Shown here piece by piece: positions 18,492 to 27,367 of a DNA stretch of 42,643 nt (position 1 is the stretch's first letter; each line of letters opens with the position of its first letter). The notes below the pieces were generated by a model, which had not been told where the DNA came from, made no database searches, and saw only the letters and a list, made by a program, of their open reading frames with translations. The position numbers and the translations under genes are program-made. Source of the DNA: a virus (lineage: Duplodnaviria; Caudoviricetes); the IMG/VR virus record IMGVR_UViG_3300024331_000003, positions 1 to 42,643 of that record; one strand, 5' to 3'.

Positions 18492-19254
18492 CGGGAACCT
18501 CAACGACAGACAGGATTTTGGCTTCACGTTGCGGCCTTGCCTCGTCTAGCCACCGACCATGAGCCAGCCAGGTAGCGGCGTGGGCCGTAAACTTTGGGTC
18601 TTCGTTTGAACGTTCCGCCGCATATCGCTTCGCGCCGTCGATCAATTCTGCGGCAGAAGCCAATAAAAGCGCCTTAGAAAAAGCTTTCGACGCCGCCGCG
18701 CGAGCCTTGTGAAGCGGAAATGCTGCGTAAAACGCGGCAAACCCTTCTGGCTCTTTCGCTACCTTTTTCGATTTCGGCCGAGATATATCTTCCGAACGTA
18801 GTGAGGATTGGTCTAGGTTAGTGGTAAGTGGTGCATTAGTTTGACATCCATTTTGCCCATGCCGCAGTGATGCGTCTGCCATCTTTTTGTCATTGGCAGA
18901 ATCATGCGTTTGCCACTTCGCTGCTGCGCCGAGTTTCCCCGCGCGGGACTTTGATTCTATCTTATTGCGGGCTACATTAAGTTCGCGATCAGCGCGCTTC
19001 TGCGACCACTTTCCGTTTTCGATTACGAAGAACCTAGTCAGGACTGGCCGTAACCTATGCCATTCATGTGAGTTAGCCTTAACGATCTGCGCGAGTTCGC
19101 GGTCATCGTCTTCCAGCGGACCACCGCGCATCCAGTAGGCCATGAGCAAAAGCAAATAAGCCCCGTGCTCATCGCGCGACAAACCTAGCGTATCTCCGAG
19201 ATAGTGGCGTATATGCAGAGGCATCCAGTCGTCAGGTTTGGTGCGAGCAGTCAC
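18478..19254 (-). CDS. Replication initiator (YdaU/DUF1376 family)
   Basis: 'WMPLHIRHYLGDT..LSRDEHGAYLLLLMAYW..GPL' and C-terminal 'FYAAFP..HAATWL..RWLDE'. Confidence 0.85.
   Translation of the reverse strand: MTARTKPDDWMPLHIRHYLGDTLGLSRDEHGAYLLLLMAYWMRGGPLEDDDRELAQIVKANSHEWHRLRPVLTRFFVIENGKWSQKRADRELNVARNKIESKSRAGKLGAAAKWQTHDSANDKKMADASLRHGQNGCQTNAPLTTNLDQSSLRSEDISRPKSKKVAKEPEGFAAFYAAFPLHKARAAASKAFSKALLLASAAELIDGAKRYAAERSNEDPKFTAHAATWLAHGRWLDEARPQREAKILSVVEVPDVTH
18781..18915. promoter_or_regulatory. Putative replication origin (iteron-like repeats inside the initiator gene)
   Basis: ATGCGT(C/T)TGCCA at 18870 and 18904, TTTG(A/T/C)CA variants at 18840, 18852 and 18886, next to an AT-richer stretch; lambdoid origins lie within the O-like gene. 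Confidence 0.4.
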
Positions 19255-19829
19255 GATGACAAACCTCTCTCGGCATCGTCAGCCCGCCAAGCTGCTTCGA
19301 TAAGGTTGCTTCCAAATGTGCTTATTTGCTCAATACAGTGATCCAAATCGCGGTATATCTCTGATCCTGTAAACCGGAGAATTGGAATGCTTAGAGCTTG
19401 AAGATCGCGATCTCTTTTTCTGTCCCGCGCAGCCTGGTCTTTGGTTCGCTCGTGAAAATCGTGGCCATCGCATTCAATTACCAACTTTGGAGGTAGGCCG
19501 CGACCGAATGTTGGTAACACAATGAAAAAGTCCACACGCCATTTAAGTTTTTGAATTTGTGCCTGCGGACAGATTATCGCGCTTCGGGATTTGGCAACGA
19601 CGTCCACACTCAGTTCGTCAGGTCGGCAAAGGCAAGCAGGATGATCAAGAAAGCCGAAATCACAAAACAACAACCCGGCCAACATCTTGCGCTCAATGGG
19701 ACTCTCCGCCTGCTGCGCAAACCACATAAATTCTTGATATACACCAGCCGGCAGACCGCATTCTTCCCATTTGTCGTGCAGATAGCTTGACGCCCAAGCA
19801 ATAAACTCATCACCAAGCTTTTCGCTCAC
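19251..19829 (-). CDS. DUF559/Vsr-like endonuclease
   Basis: 'ESPIE', 'RVDF..VIECDGHDFHERTK..RDRKRDR.LQ..ILRFTGSEI'; GTG start overlapping the upstream stop. Confidence 0.85.
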   Translation of the reverse strand: MSEKLGDEFIAWASSYLHDKWEECGLPAGVYQEFMWFAQQAESPIERKMLAGLLFCDFGFLDHPACLCRPDELSVDVVAKSRSAIICPQAQIQKLKWRVDFFIVLPTFGRGLPPKLVIECDGHDFHERTKDQAARDRKRDRDLQALSIPILRFTGSEIYRDLDHCIEQISTFGSNLIEAAWRADDAERGLSS

Positions 19830-20197
19830 GCCCGCACTCCAATCCCCGCGCCGAAGTCGAGCGCAGGCGTGTAGGCGAAATCGGGATTGCATTTGGCGAG
19901 CGCGGCGAAGTCAGCCAGGCGCATCACGACAAGCGGCTCGGAGCGATCGCGTGCTATCACCAGCGCGAAGTTGCCGGGAAGCCAGTTGTATAATTGAGCG
20001 AATCCTGAGCGTCGGACCTTGCATTCTAAACGGCGATCAATGCCGTTAACCGGAACTGTGATGTCGCCGCAGAACGATCCGCCGGCAGCGCCGGAAAGTG
20101 GGATGCGCTCACCGCCAAGGCCAGCAGCTTGCAACACAGCGACCACAGACCGTTCAAAGCGGCAACCCTTATCGCGCGATGCTTTGCCGCCGCTCAT
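19826..20197 (-). CDS. Holliday junction resolvase (Hjc-like PD-(D/E)XK)
   Basis: 'SRDKG.RFER', 'RIPLSGA', 'GDI..LECK'. Confidence 0.8.
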   Translation of the reverse strand: MSGGKASRDKGCRFERSVVAVLQAAGLGGERIPLSGAAGGSFCGDITVPVNGIDRRLECKVRRSGFAQLYNWLPGNFALVIARDRSEPLVVMRLADFAALAKCNPDFAYTPALDFGAGIGVRA

Positions 20198-20646
20198 TGA
20201 CAGGGCGCCCCTGCGGCGGGTGGTTCAGCGGGGTTACCGCAAGGGCTTACCGCGGAAAGGGGAATAACCGCGGATGGCATAAATTTGGGAAGCGAGTTGC
20301 CGAATATTACTGCAGCTTCAAACTCGAATGGCTTGTGAGCGAAACTGCGTATCTTCATGCGAAGAGCGATCATGTCATCGGCAAGATCGGCATATTGCGC
20401 GCATAATTCCGGCACTCGGCGGCAGGCGCTTAAAACGGTGGTGTGATGCCGATGGAAGAATCGCTGTCCTATTTGAGGAAGCGAGAGCACGGTAAATTCT
20501 CGCGTCAAGGCCATCGCGATCATCCTAGGATGAGAATGCCGGTACTGCCGACTTGCGCTGCGCATCGAATCTATCAGGTCAACGTGAAAATGATCCGCGA
20601 CGATCCGTTGAATATCGCCAGTCATAATTCTTGCCGCTTCGCTCAT
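20194..20646 (-). CDS. DnaA C-terminal HTH domain protein
   Basis: 'IQRIVADHF..PRMIAMALTREFT.LSLPQIG.RF.RHHTTVL.ACRRV'. Confidence 0.85.
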   Translation of the reverse strand: MSEAARIMTGDIQRIVADHFHVDLIDSMRSASRQYRHSHPRMIAMALTREFTVLSLPQIGQRFFHRHHTTVLSACRRVPELCAQYADLADDMIALRMKIRSFAHKPFEFEAAVIFGNSLPKFMPSAVIPLSAVSPCGNPAEPPAAGAPCQ

Positions 20647-20843
20647 GTGCTCATCCCATCCAGCCTTTCCCGCCGCGCCTTTATGCGCGCACGGATGGCT
20701 TGCTTGCGCCTGACGAGCCGCGCCACGTTCTCTGCATTTGCTTCGGAGAGCGGAAATGTCAGGCCGAGCGTGCGTACGACTTTGCGTATGTCTTGAAGCA
20801 GCCAGACTTCGCGGAGATCGCGGATGGGAGCGGAGAGAGTCAT
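20643..20843 (-). CDS. Hypothetical protein
   Basis: 66-aa basic ORF with GGAG RBS and ATGA overlap downstream. Confidence 0.5.
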   Translation of the reverse strand: MTLSAPIRDLREVWLLQDIRKVVRTLGLTFPLSEANAENVARLVRRKQAIRARIKARRERLDGMST

Positions 20844-20880
20844 GGATGCTCCATCTTCGCCATGAGGGCGCGTAGGCGGG

Positions 20881-21120
20881 TCAAGCTGCGTCACCCTGCC
20901 GCAGGGGCGGATCACGGCGCTCCCAAGCATCAGCGAAGCCTTCCGGTAGAATTAGCCCGTATTCGCCCGCAAGAGCCTCCACAGCGAGCCTAGAATGCCG
21001 GTAGATGCCACGCTGCTTCCAGTCCCAAAGCGTCTGGCGGGTCACCCTGAGCCGTTCTGCGAGGGGGACGTGGCCCCCGCACTTATCAGCCAAGGCCTCG
21101 ATGATTTCCGCGTCCGTCAT
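20881..21120 (-). CDS. Cro-like HTH regulator
   Basis: 'IIEALADKCGG..LAERLRVTRQTLWDWKQRGI'; first gene of the leftward operon, probably leaderless. Confidence 0.8.
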   Translation of the reverse strand: MTDAEIIEALADKCGGHVPLAERLRVTRQTLWDWKQRGIYRHSRLAVEALAGEYGLILPEGFADAWERRDPPLRQGDAA

Positions 21121-21128
21121 GGAACCAA

Positions 21129-21191
21129 ACCATAAACGGCAAAAAATCTTACGTCAAGGGGGTTGACTGGCCTGTAAGACGGGTTTACAAG
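21129..21191. promoter_or_regulatory. Back-to-back divergent sigma70 promoters
   Basis: Minus strand: TTGACG (21157-21152)-17-TATGGT (21134-21129). Plus strand: TTGACT (21163-21168)-17-TACAAG. TCTTAC/GTAAGA inverted elements flank the two -35 boxes. Confidence 0.65.
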
Positions 21192-21221
21192 CCCCCCCGA
21201 CACCCAAGCAGGGGACGAGAG

Positions 21222-21464
21222 ATGGCAGAGCGGATTTGGGAATGCGATTACCACCATGACCGGCGCCAGCATCGTCATCGCTGTCGCGCTTGCTGGAAAA
21301 TCATCGAAGCAGGCGAGCGCGTCGTGATGGCTCGCAAGGCGAAATCGCGCGGCACAGTTGCTCTCCATGCTGGCTGCGCTGAGATGCGGCACTCGCCAAC
21401 GTACACTTGGCGCGAAGTTTTTCAAGAATGGTTCGGCAATCCGTTCGCACAGGTCACCCCATGA
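21222..21464 (+). CDS. Small Zn-binding protein
   Basis: 'HRCRAC..I.AGE..LHAGCA' CxxC/HxxC ligands; first rightward gene. Confidence 0.6.
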   Translation: MAERIWECDYHHDRRQHRHRCRACWKIIEAGERVVMARKAKSRGTVALHAGCAEMRHSPTYTWREVFQEWFGNPFAQVTP

Positions 21465-21667
21465 CCGCCGACCTCCACACCCTGAAACTCGCTCCACAAC
21501 GCGAGCGACATCTATCCGACGCATCGCACGACATACGCGCGGCGATTACACGGCTGGAAATGGCTGCTGCGAGTGCATCGACGCTGGATCAGCTTTGTCT
21601 CTCCACGGCCAAGCTGAAGCTGGAGAACGCGCTTCACGCAATCGAACATGTGCAGGAGCGAATATGA
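21461..21667 (+). CDS. Hypothetical helical protein
   Basis: ATGA-coupled on both sides. Confidence 0.55.
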   Translation: MTADLHTLKLAPQRERHLSDASHDIRAAITRLEMAAASASTLDQLCLSTAKLKLENALHAIEHVQERI

Positions 21668-21747
21668 ATGGTCCGCAAGTCACGAGCGAAACTGTAGCGG
21701 CTTTCGCGCTGCTTGTCATGCTCATTCTGTGCGTGGTGCTGTCATGA
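21664..21747 (+). CDS. 27-aa single-pass membrane peptide
   Basis: MNGPQVTSETVAAFALLVMLILCVVLS; ATGA-coupled on both sides. Confidence 0.5.
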   Translation: MNGPQVTSETVAAFALLVMLILCVVLS

Positions 21748-22076
21748 GCGAGAAGCCTTTGCATTGGTCGGGCTCGGAACACGAAGATGTACTTTCCGAC
21801 GAAATCGCACGCGCAGGCGGGTACGCAGCATGGCGCGCAATGCAGCAGGAAGAGGATGAATGGGATGGCATCGAAATGAGCGGCAAACTCGCAGATCGCA
21901 GCGCTCCCATCTCCCCCTACATCCGCAGAGAAGCCGAACGGCTGCACATTCCGACGCCGAAGCCATCGGAATATCTGATGGACAACCTGCGCATGTTCGA
22001 TGCGATTCCTTTCCCGCCTCCGCCCCGCCCGAGCGTGTGGCAGCGGATCGTGGGATGGATATGGAGGAACGGATGA
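21744..22076 (+). CDS. Hypothetical protein
   Basis: 110 aa, ATGA-coupled, ends in amphipathic 'SVWQRIVGWIWR'. Confidence 0.6.
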   Translation: MSEKPLHWSGSEHEDVLSDEIARAGGYAAWRAMQQEEDEWDGIEMSGKLADRSAPISPYIRREAERLHIPTPKPSEYLMDNLRMFDAIPFPPPPRPSVWQRIVGWIWRNG

Positions 22077-23020
22077 GCGCGGCAGCAGAACTTCGCGATC
22101 CCTACGCCTATTGGCGCGATGCGCTCACCGGCGCGTTCGGGCCAGTGCATGACAGCGATCCACAACCGGGCTTCTATCGAAAACGAACCGTGCGCGGCGG
22201 TCCATTTGTGCCCGTCGCCATTTGGGACGAGTTAGGCCAGATGGTCGCGCTGGTTGATGGGAAGCAAGCCGACGCCGAAGCCATTTGGTCCTACGTCTGC
22301 CAGCATCCGGTGACGGAAGAAGCCTATCGCGAGCGCGTCGCGACTGGCAAATGGCACGATGAGGACGGCGGAATTGCCGACTCTCTCACGCCGCCGTCCG
22401 CTGGCCATAACGAGCCGCCACAGGACGACGCCGATGTTCTCGCCACACAGATCGAGGCAGCGTCTGCCAACGCCAAAGCATACGAAACCATCGCGGACGA
22501 CGCGACGGCAGCCAAGGCCCAATCGGCCCGCGCGCGCCTGAATGAATTGAGCGGGATCGCGGACAAGCGGCGGGATGCTCTCAAACGCCCTCACCTTGAG
22601 GCAGGAAAGGCCATAGACGCCCGTTGGCAGCCGCTGGTTAAGGCCGCAAAAGCCGCGGCAGACGCGATTGCGCGAGCACTGAGCGCTCATGAGACGCGAA
22701 AGGCGCGGGCGGCGGAAGAGGCTCGCAGAGCCACTGAGAGGGCCGCACAGGAGGCCCAACAGAAGGCGGTAGGCGTCCCACAGCCGGTCGTCGTTCCGGC
22801 CGCCCCTGAGCCTGTGGCGACGATCCGTGGGGCATATGGCAGGGCAGCGGCGGTCAAGGTTGTTCGTGTCGCCAAAGTCGAGGACTACGCAATCGCCGTG
22901 ACCTATTTCCTCGGCAACACCGAATTTCGGGCCATGATCGACAAACTAGCCCAAAAAGCAGTGGACGCCGGGATCGCCGTTCCTGGCGTGATTGTCACGG
23001 AAGAAAGGAAAGTAATATGA
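22073..23020 (+). CDS. Coiled-coil protein next to RecT
   Basis: 315 aa from ATG 22073 (GGAGG RBS); N-terminal 'PQPGFYR..PVAIW' domain and long Ala-rich coiled coil 'KRPHLEAGKAIDARW'. Confidence 0.7.
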   Translation: MSAAAELRDPYAYWRDALTGAFGPVHDSDPQPGFYRKRTVRGGPFVPVAIWDELGQMVALVDGKQADAEAIWSYVCQHPVTEEAYRERVATGKWHDEDGGIADSLTPPSAGHNEPPQDDADVLATQIEAASANAKAYETIADDATAAKAQSARARLNELSGIADKRRDALKRPHLEAGKAIDARWQPLVKAAKAAADAIARALSAHETRKARAAEEARRATERAAQEAQQKAVGVPQPVVVPAAPEPVATIRGAYGRAAAVKVVRVAKVEDYAIAVTYFLGNTEFRAMIDKLAQKAVDAGIAVPGVIVTEERKVI

Positions 23021-24252
23021 GCGCACCACATTACGAGGGAGCGCCCGGATGGCGGAAGACAGGAACGGCGCTCGTTCAGTACCAAGAATTTGAGGCGGAG
23101 TTAGAGGACCGATCGCAAAGCATCGCGTCCATGTTGCCGTCCACCGTTTCAATTGAGCGGTTTAAGAACACTGTCATCGCGGCTGTCCGACAAGACCCCG
23201 AAATTCTCAAAGCCTCAATCCGATCGGTCATGGCGTCAGTCATCCGAGCTGCACAAGATGGGTTGGTTCCCGACGGCCGCGAAGGGCACATTGCCGTTTA
23301 CAACACAAACGTCGCCAAAAAGGGCGAGCGCGACCAATGGGAAAAGCGTGCGCAATGGAATCCAATGGCGCATGGCCTTCGCAAGAGGCTGCGCGAACTG
23401 GACGGGCTGATTGCCAACGCAGAAGTCGTGCATGAGAACGATCACTTCCTCTGGCGGCAAGGCGACGATCCGAAAATAGAGCATGAGCCAGCCAAGCTTG
23501 GAACGAAGCGCGGCGAAATGATTGGGGCATACTGCATCTATCGACGTGAGGACGGAACCATTCTGCACCGTGAAGTCATGGACATGGAGCAGATCGAGCA
23601 GACGCGGGCACAATCCAAGGCAAAAGATAGCCTTATGTGGACGAAGTTCAAAAGCGAAGGCTATCGTAAATCCGTTCTTCGTCGCGGGATCAAAACGGTT
23701 CCGGTCAGCGACACCATGCGCGAGATAATTCAGCGTGACGATGCGGAGAATTTCGATTTCGCGAAAGCATCCGAACCCTCCCTGTCATTGGTCCCGCCGT
23801 CGCCGCCCCCGGCGCCCCCGCCAGCAATTGAAGAGAAACATGCTGTCCCGGGGCCGACGTTCGCGGAGCATGAAACGGCACCGATGACCGAAGCCGACGA
23901 ACGCGCGCTCGATCGCCAATCCTATCGCGACATGGCGCATGAGACGCCGAACCACGATGCGGAGACAGGCAAGATTGTCGACGATTCATTCGATGACGAG
24001 CATCTTACCGGCACTGAAGACCCAGGCTGGCAAACGTGGGGCGACGGAGCCGTAGCCGCATTCAATGACGCAAAAACCGTCATCACGCTTTCCAAGCTGC
24101 TGCAGAAGAACAATACTGCGCTGGAAAGTTGCAAGGACTCGGCGCCGGCAACGTACGACCGCGTGATCGGCGCCTATCGCAAGCGTGCGGCGTTTCTGAG
24201 CAATGCGCCGGCAGATACGCCTCAATCGGCTGAGCCGCTGCCGTTCTCATGA
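23017..24252 (+). CDS. recT: RecT-family single-strand annealing protein
   Basis: 'AAQDGLVPDGREG', 'AEVVHENDHF..GDDPKIEHEP', 'IGAY..EVMDMEQIE..R..S..WTKF..RKSVLRR..K.VP'. Confidence 0.88.
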   Translation: MSAPHYEGAPGWRKTGTALVQYQEFEAELEDRSQSIASMLPSTVSIERFKNTVIAAVRQDPEILKASIRSVMASVIRAAQDGLVPDGREGHIAVYNTNVAKKGERDQWEKRAQWNPMAHGLRKRLRELDGLIANAEVVHENDHFLWRQGDDPKIEHEPAKLGTKRGEMIGAYCIYRREDGTILHREVMDMEQIEQTRAQSKAKDSLMWTKFKSEGYRKSVLRRGIKTVPVSDTMREIIQRDDAENFDFAKASEPSLSLVPPSPPPAPPPAIEEKHAVPGPTFAEHETAPMTEADERALDRQSYRDMAHETPNHDAETGKIVDDSFDDEHLTGTEDPGWQTWGDGAVAAFNDAKTVITLSKLLQKNNTALESCKDSAPATYDRVIGAYRKRAAFLSNAPADTPQSAEPLPFS

Positions 24253-24647
24253 GCAGGGCTGTTCTCATTCTGGCCAATGGCAATGTCCGCGAGCGGGCGG
24301 TCGATTGGATCAAACGCGCGCCGGAAGGAACCAGGGTGGAGTTCAAGGGGCCGAAGCGCACGCTAGACCAAAACGCTTTGATGTGGGCGATGTTGGGCGA
24401 CATAGCGGAACAAAAAAAGCATCTCGGCCGAAGCTACAACACCGATCAGTGGAAGTGCATTTTCCTTCACGCGCTCGGTCGAGAGACGCAATTCATTCCC
24501 GCTCTCGCAGGCAAGGATTTCATTCCGTATGGCCAGCGGTCGAGTGATTTGTCGAAAGAGGAAATGTCCGAGCTCATCGACTTCATGCACGCATGGGGTA
24601 CAGAAAACGGCGTGCAATTTCACGCACCGGAGGAAGTGGCAGCATGA
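24249..24647 (+). CDS. ninB: NinB recombination protein
   Basis: 'KRTLDQNALMWAMLGDIAEQ', 'WKCIF', 'SSDLSKEEMSELIDFMHAWG.ENGVQF'. Confidence 0.9.
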   Translation: MSRAVLILANGNVRERAVDWIKRAPEGTRVEFKGPKRTLDQNALMWAMLGDIAEQKKHLGRSYNTDQWKCIFLHALGRETQFIPALAGKDFIPYGQRSSDLSKEEMSELIDFMHAWGTENGVQFHAPEEVAA

Positions 24648-25048
24648 GCGACAAGATTGATTACCGGCGCCCGTATTGGATGGTGATGACGCCCGGCGCA
24701 GGGAGCGACGATTTCCGCTCTGAAAAAGAAGCTGTCGAGTGGTGCTTGACTGACAAAGATGGAGGTCCAGAACAAGACAACGGATGGTTCGTCATTGTCG
24801 AATGTATTCCGCGAAAGATTATCCTGTGCCCTGATGGTGGCATTCAGCCAATCGACGGCACCGCACCGAAGCAACGCAAGCGCCGGCAGCATCGCAGCAT
24901 GATGCCTGATCTTCGGCCGGCGTCTGTATCGGAATCCAACGGCACCGATCCGCTTGCCGCGGCGCGCGAAGTCCTTGAAGCGGAAGGTACCGGCCCGGAA
25001 CTGCCGGGCTTTCTGGACAGACGCCAGCAAGCGGAGAAAGCGGTCTGA
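24644..25048 (+). CDS. Hypothetical protein
   Basis: 134 aa, ATGA-coupled, C-terminal 'ELPGFLDRR'. Confidence 0.6.
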   Translation: MSDKIDYRRPYWMVMTPGAGSDDFRSEKEAVEWCLTDKDGGPEQDNGWFVIVECIPRKIILCPDGGIQPIDGTAPKQRKRRQHRSMMPDLRPASVSESNGTDPLAAAREVLEAEGTGPELPGFLDRRQQAEKAV

Positions 25049-25443
25049 TGCGCTCGACGGAGGAATGGATCGGCCGCAATGACGACGACGGTCCGCCGCC
25101 GCGTGTCCGGCTGCGCGTGTTCGAGCGCAACGCTGGCCGTTGCTACATCTGCACAAGGCAAATCAGGGCTGGTGAATATTGGGAAGCGGATCACGTCATT
25201 GCTTTATGCAACGGCGGCGAGAATCGCGAGCGCAATCTACGGCCGATTTGTCGAAACTGCTGCAAGTCTAAAACGGCAATAGACGTTGCGGAGAAGTCGA
25301 AGGTCGCGCATATCCGTTCCAAGCACCTCGGCATCCGCCGCACGTCGCGGCCTATGGATGGAAGCCGGAAATCGCGATGGAAGAAGAAAATGTCGGGAGA
25401 GGTAGTCGCGCGTGACCGCATCTGCGCAGGAGGGGAGGAATAG
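25048..25443 (+). CDS. HNH endonuclease
   Basis: 'RCYIC..WEADHVIALCNGGENRERNLRPIC..C..KT..D'. Confidence 0.85.
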   Translation: MRSTEEWIGRNDDDGPPPRVRLRVFERNAGRCYICTRQIRAGEYWEADHVIALCNGGENRERNLRPICRNCCKSKTAIDVAEKSKVAHIRSKHLGIRRTSRPMDGSRKSRWKKKMSGEVVARDRICAGGEE

Positions 25444-25444
25444 G

Positions 25445-25672
25445 ATGGGCGATTTTATTCAAGCGATGGTTGCGCTTCGTCATTGGCTTGAACGGCACAA
25501 TCTTGGTGATACAGCGGTGACGATGGTGCTGCGTTTCGAGAACCCCAGTATGTCTTACGAAGCAGAAGCCGCGTTCCTTTACGACGCGGCAAAAGAAGCG
25601 ACGATTCCTAGCGAAGGCCCACTCAATGACAAAGTCGCCGGGATTAACATCAGATTCGAGCACTCCCCATGA
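25445..25672 (+). CDS. Hypothetical protein
   Basis: 75 aa with GAGGA RBS. Confidence 0.55.
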   Translation: MGDFIQAMVALRHWLERHNLGDTAVTMVLRFENPSMSYEAEAAFLYDAAKEATIPSEGPLNDKVAGINIRFEHSP

Positions 25673-26271
25673 CCGACTCGCGCATGGAGGAAATCCGGGG
25701 GAGGGTGGAGGCTGATCTTCTTGGTACGCCAGTGTTGCGCAAGTCCGCGTTCTTCCCGTGCGACGGTGTGCGTATTCGGCTGTCCCGTGATTGGAGTGCT
25801 GGCCCGCGTGCGTTAGTCATCGGCTGCAACGCTTCAACGGCAGACGCCGACAAGGACGATCCGACTTCCCGTTGGTGGAATGCGTGGTTTCGCCTGTTTG
25901 GGTTCGGCGGCTACGATGCGATGAACCTCTATCCATTTTGCTCGCCCGATCCGATGACGTGCAAACGGAGGGTTGATGCTGCGCTCAACGGCGGCGATTG
26001 GGGTGACCGTGACTTGCTCATGTTTAACAACCTTCCAACGTTGGTAAAGGCGGCGAAGAAAGCTGCACAAGTGTTCGTCTGTTGGGGCGCGATAGCGTGG
26101 GACGACGATTGGATTGAGCAAGTTGTCGAAGAAATCCAGACCGGCGAAGCGCCCTATCCTGATTTATGGTGCTGGGGGAAAACAGGCAGCGGCGCACCTA
26201 AGCATCCGCTCGCACGCGGCAAGCACCGCATTCCTGCCGATCAGAAACCTATTTTGTGGAGAGCGGCATGA
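25669..26271 (+). CDS. DUF1643 family protein
   Basis: 'RLSRDW..VIGCNASTADADKDDPT', 'MNLYP', 'VCWG', 'GKTGSGAPKHPL'. Confidence 0.85.
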   Translation: MTDSRMEEIRGRVEADLLGTPVLRKSAFFPCDGVRIRLSRDWSAGPRALVIGCNASTADADKDDPTSRWWNAWFRLFGFGGYDAMNLYPFCSPDPMTCKRRVDAALNGGDWGDRDLLMFNNLPTLVKAAKKAAQVFVCWGAIAWDDDWIEQVVEEIQTGEAPYPDLWCWGKTGSGAPKHPLARGKHRIPADQKPILWRAA

Positions 26272-26609
26272 GGACGGAAGCAATGCAAGAAATTGCGCAG
26301 GAATTGATGCATCTTAGCATCGTTCCTGATGGCCCTAACCGCCTCGTCCTTCTGGATGACCGCAGCGAAGAACCTGCTCCGATATATGCCAACTGGCCCG
26401 GCGCGCTCATGGCAATCATAGAAGCGTGCGGCGTACCAGACCTTCTCACCCGCCTTGAGGCGTATGCGCGCGTGGTGGAAAAGGCATTAGAGACCATCAA
26501 AGAAGCGCGCGAATCGTTGCGGGCAAAATCGACGCTGCACACATACGAACAAATCGTCGCGCTAGACGAACTACGCGACGCCCTCACGGCCTTGGAGACG
26601 GAAGGATGA
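26268..26609 (+). CDS. Hypothetical protein
   Basis: 113 aa, ATGA-coupled, C-terminal coiled coil. Confidence 0.6.
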   Translation: MRTEAMQEIAQELMHLSIVPDGPNRLVLLDDRSEEPAPIYANWPGALMAIIEACGVPDLLTRLEAYARVVEKALETIKEARESLRAKSTLHTYEQIVALDELRDALTALETEG

Positions 26610-27184
26610 CGCTCTCGCTTCTATTCATTATCGCATCATCACTCGCGATATTGCCCGCAGGCACCGATCATCTCGCAGTCAAAGGGGATTACGATCTGAC
26701 AAGTGACGTACGATGTCCTGTCCCAAAGAATATTGGACAATGGCACCAAAACATTTTAATCGAACTGCATAGTGATAAGCAGAGCACATCCGCCGCCGTT
26801 TGCCCTGATAGATCTATACACATCAGTACAGGAGCAACAGTCGATGAACTGCGCGAACTGCTTGCGCTCTCGCTGCAATCCCTAAATGACCGCGTGGCTG
26901 GGCCACTGGATTATCCGGACGAACTAAAAGGCTTTTTGTTTGCTCCAAAACAATATGATCACGAAACACATAAACCGATGCGAGTGGTTTACCAAGAAGT
27001 CGAACACATTGGCGATGCGTGCGGGGAGCCTGAGTTAAACGGCAAGATCAATGGTTGTTCGATTTCGATAACTGGTGGCGTGTGCATGATCATACTTCCT
27101 CTGCCGCATACATACGGTAAAAATTACGAGGATGCACTCTTTCGTCATGAACGCGCGCACTGCAATGGATGGAGGCATCCATAA
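26606..27184 (+). CDS. Exported protein with C-terminal HExxH motif
   Basis: Hydrophobic N-terminus, several Cys, 'HERAHCNGW'; lower GC. Confidence 0.55.
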   Translation: MTLSLLFIIASSLAILPAGTDHLAVKGDYDLTSDVRCPVPKNIGQWHQNILIELHSDKQSTSAAVCPDRSIHISTGATVDELRELLALSLQSLNDRVAGPLDYPDELKGFLFAPKQYDHETHKPMRVVYQEVEHIGDACGEPELNGKINGCSISITGGVCMIILPLPHTYGKNYEDALFRHERAHCNGWRHP

Positions 27185-27214
27185 TGACGCGCCACTTATC
27201 CGAAGGAGAAAGCA

Positions 27215-27319
27215 ATGGGTGAGATTTCTGGATCAGCCATTCACGGTATCGCCGCGATGATCGCGGCAATTGTCGTGACGCTATTCTTTCTCGCGCTTGG
27301 GGGCGCAGGAAGGAAATGA
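27215..27319 (+). CDS. 34-aa membrane peptide
   Basis: AAGGAG RBS; MGEISGSAIHGIAAMIAAIVVTLFFLALGGAGRK. Confidence 0.55.
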   Translation: MGEISGSAIHGIAAMIAAIVVTLFFLALGGAGRK

Positions 27320-27367
27320 CCGTGAAAAACCCACGCCCCCCGCCTCAGACGATAAGGGAGTAGAGAA

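Noticed and set aside
21117-21524. 135-aa minus-strand ORF as the missing CI repressor
   Set aside because: No HTH or S24 motif, wrong orientation, and it overlaps the promoters and the Zn-finger gene.
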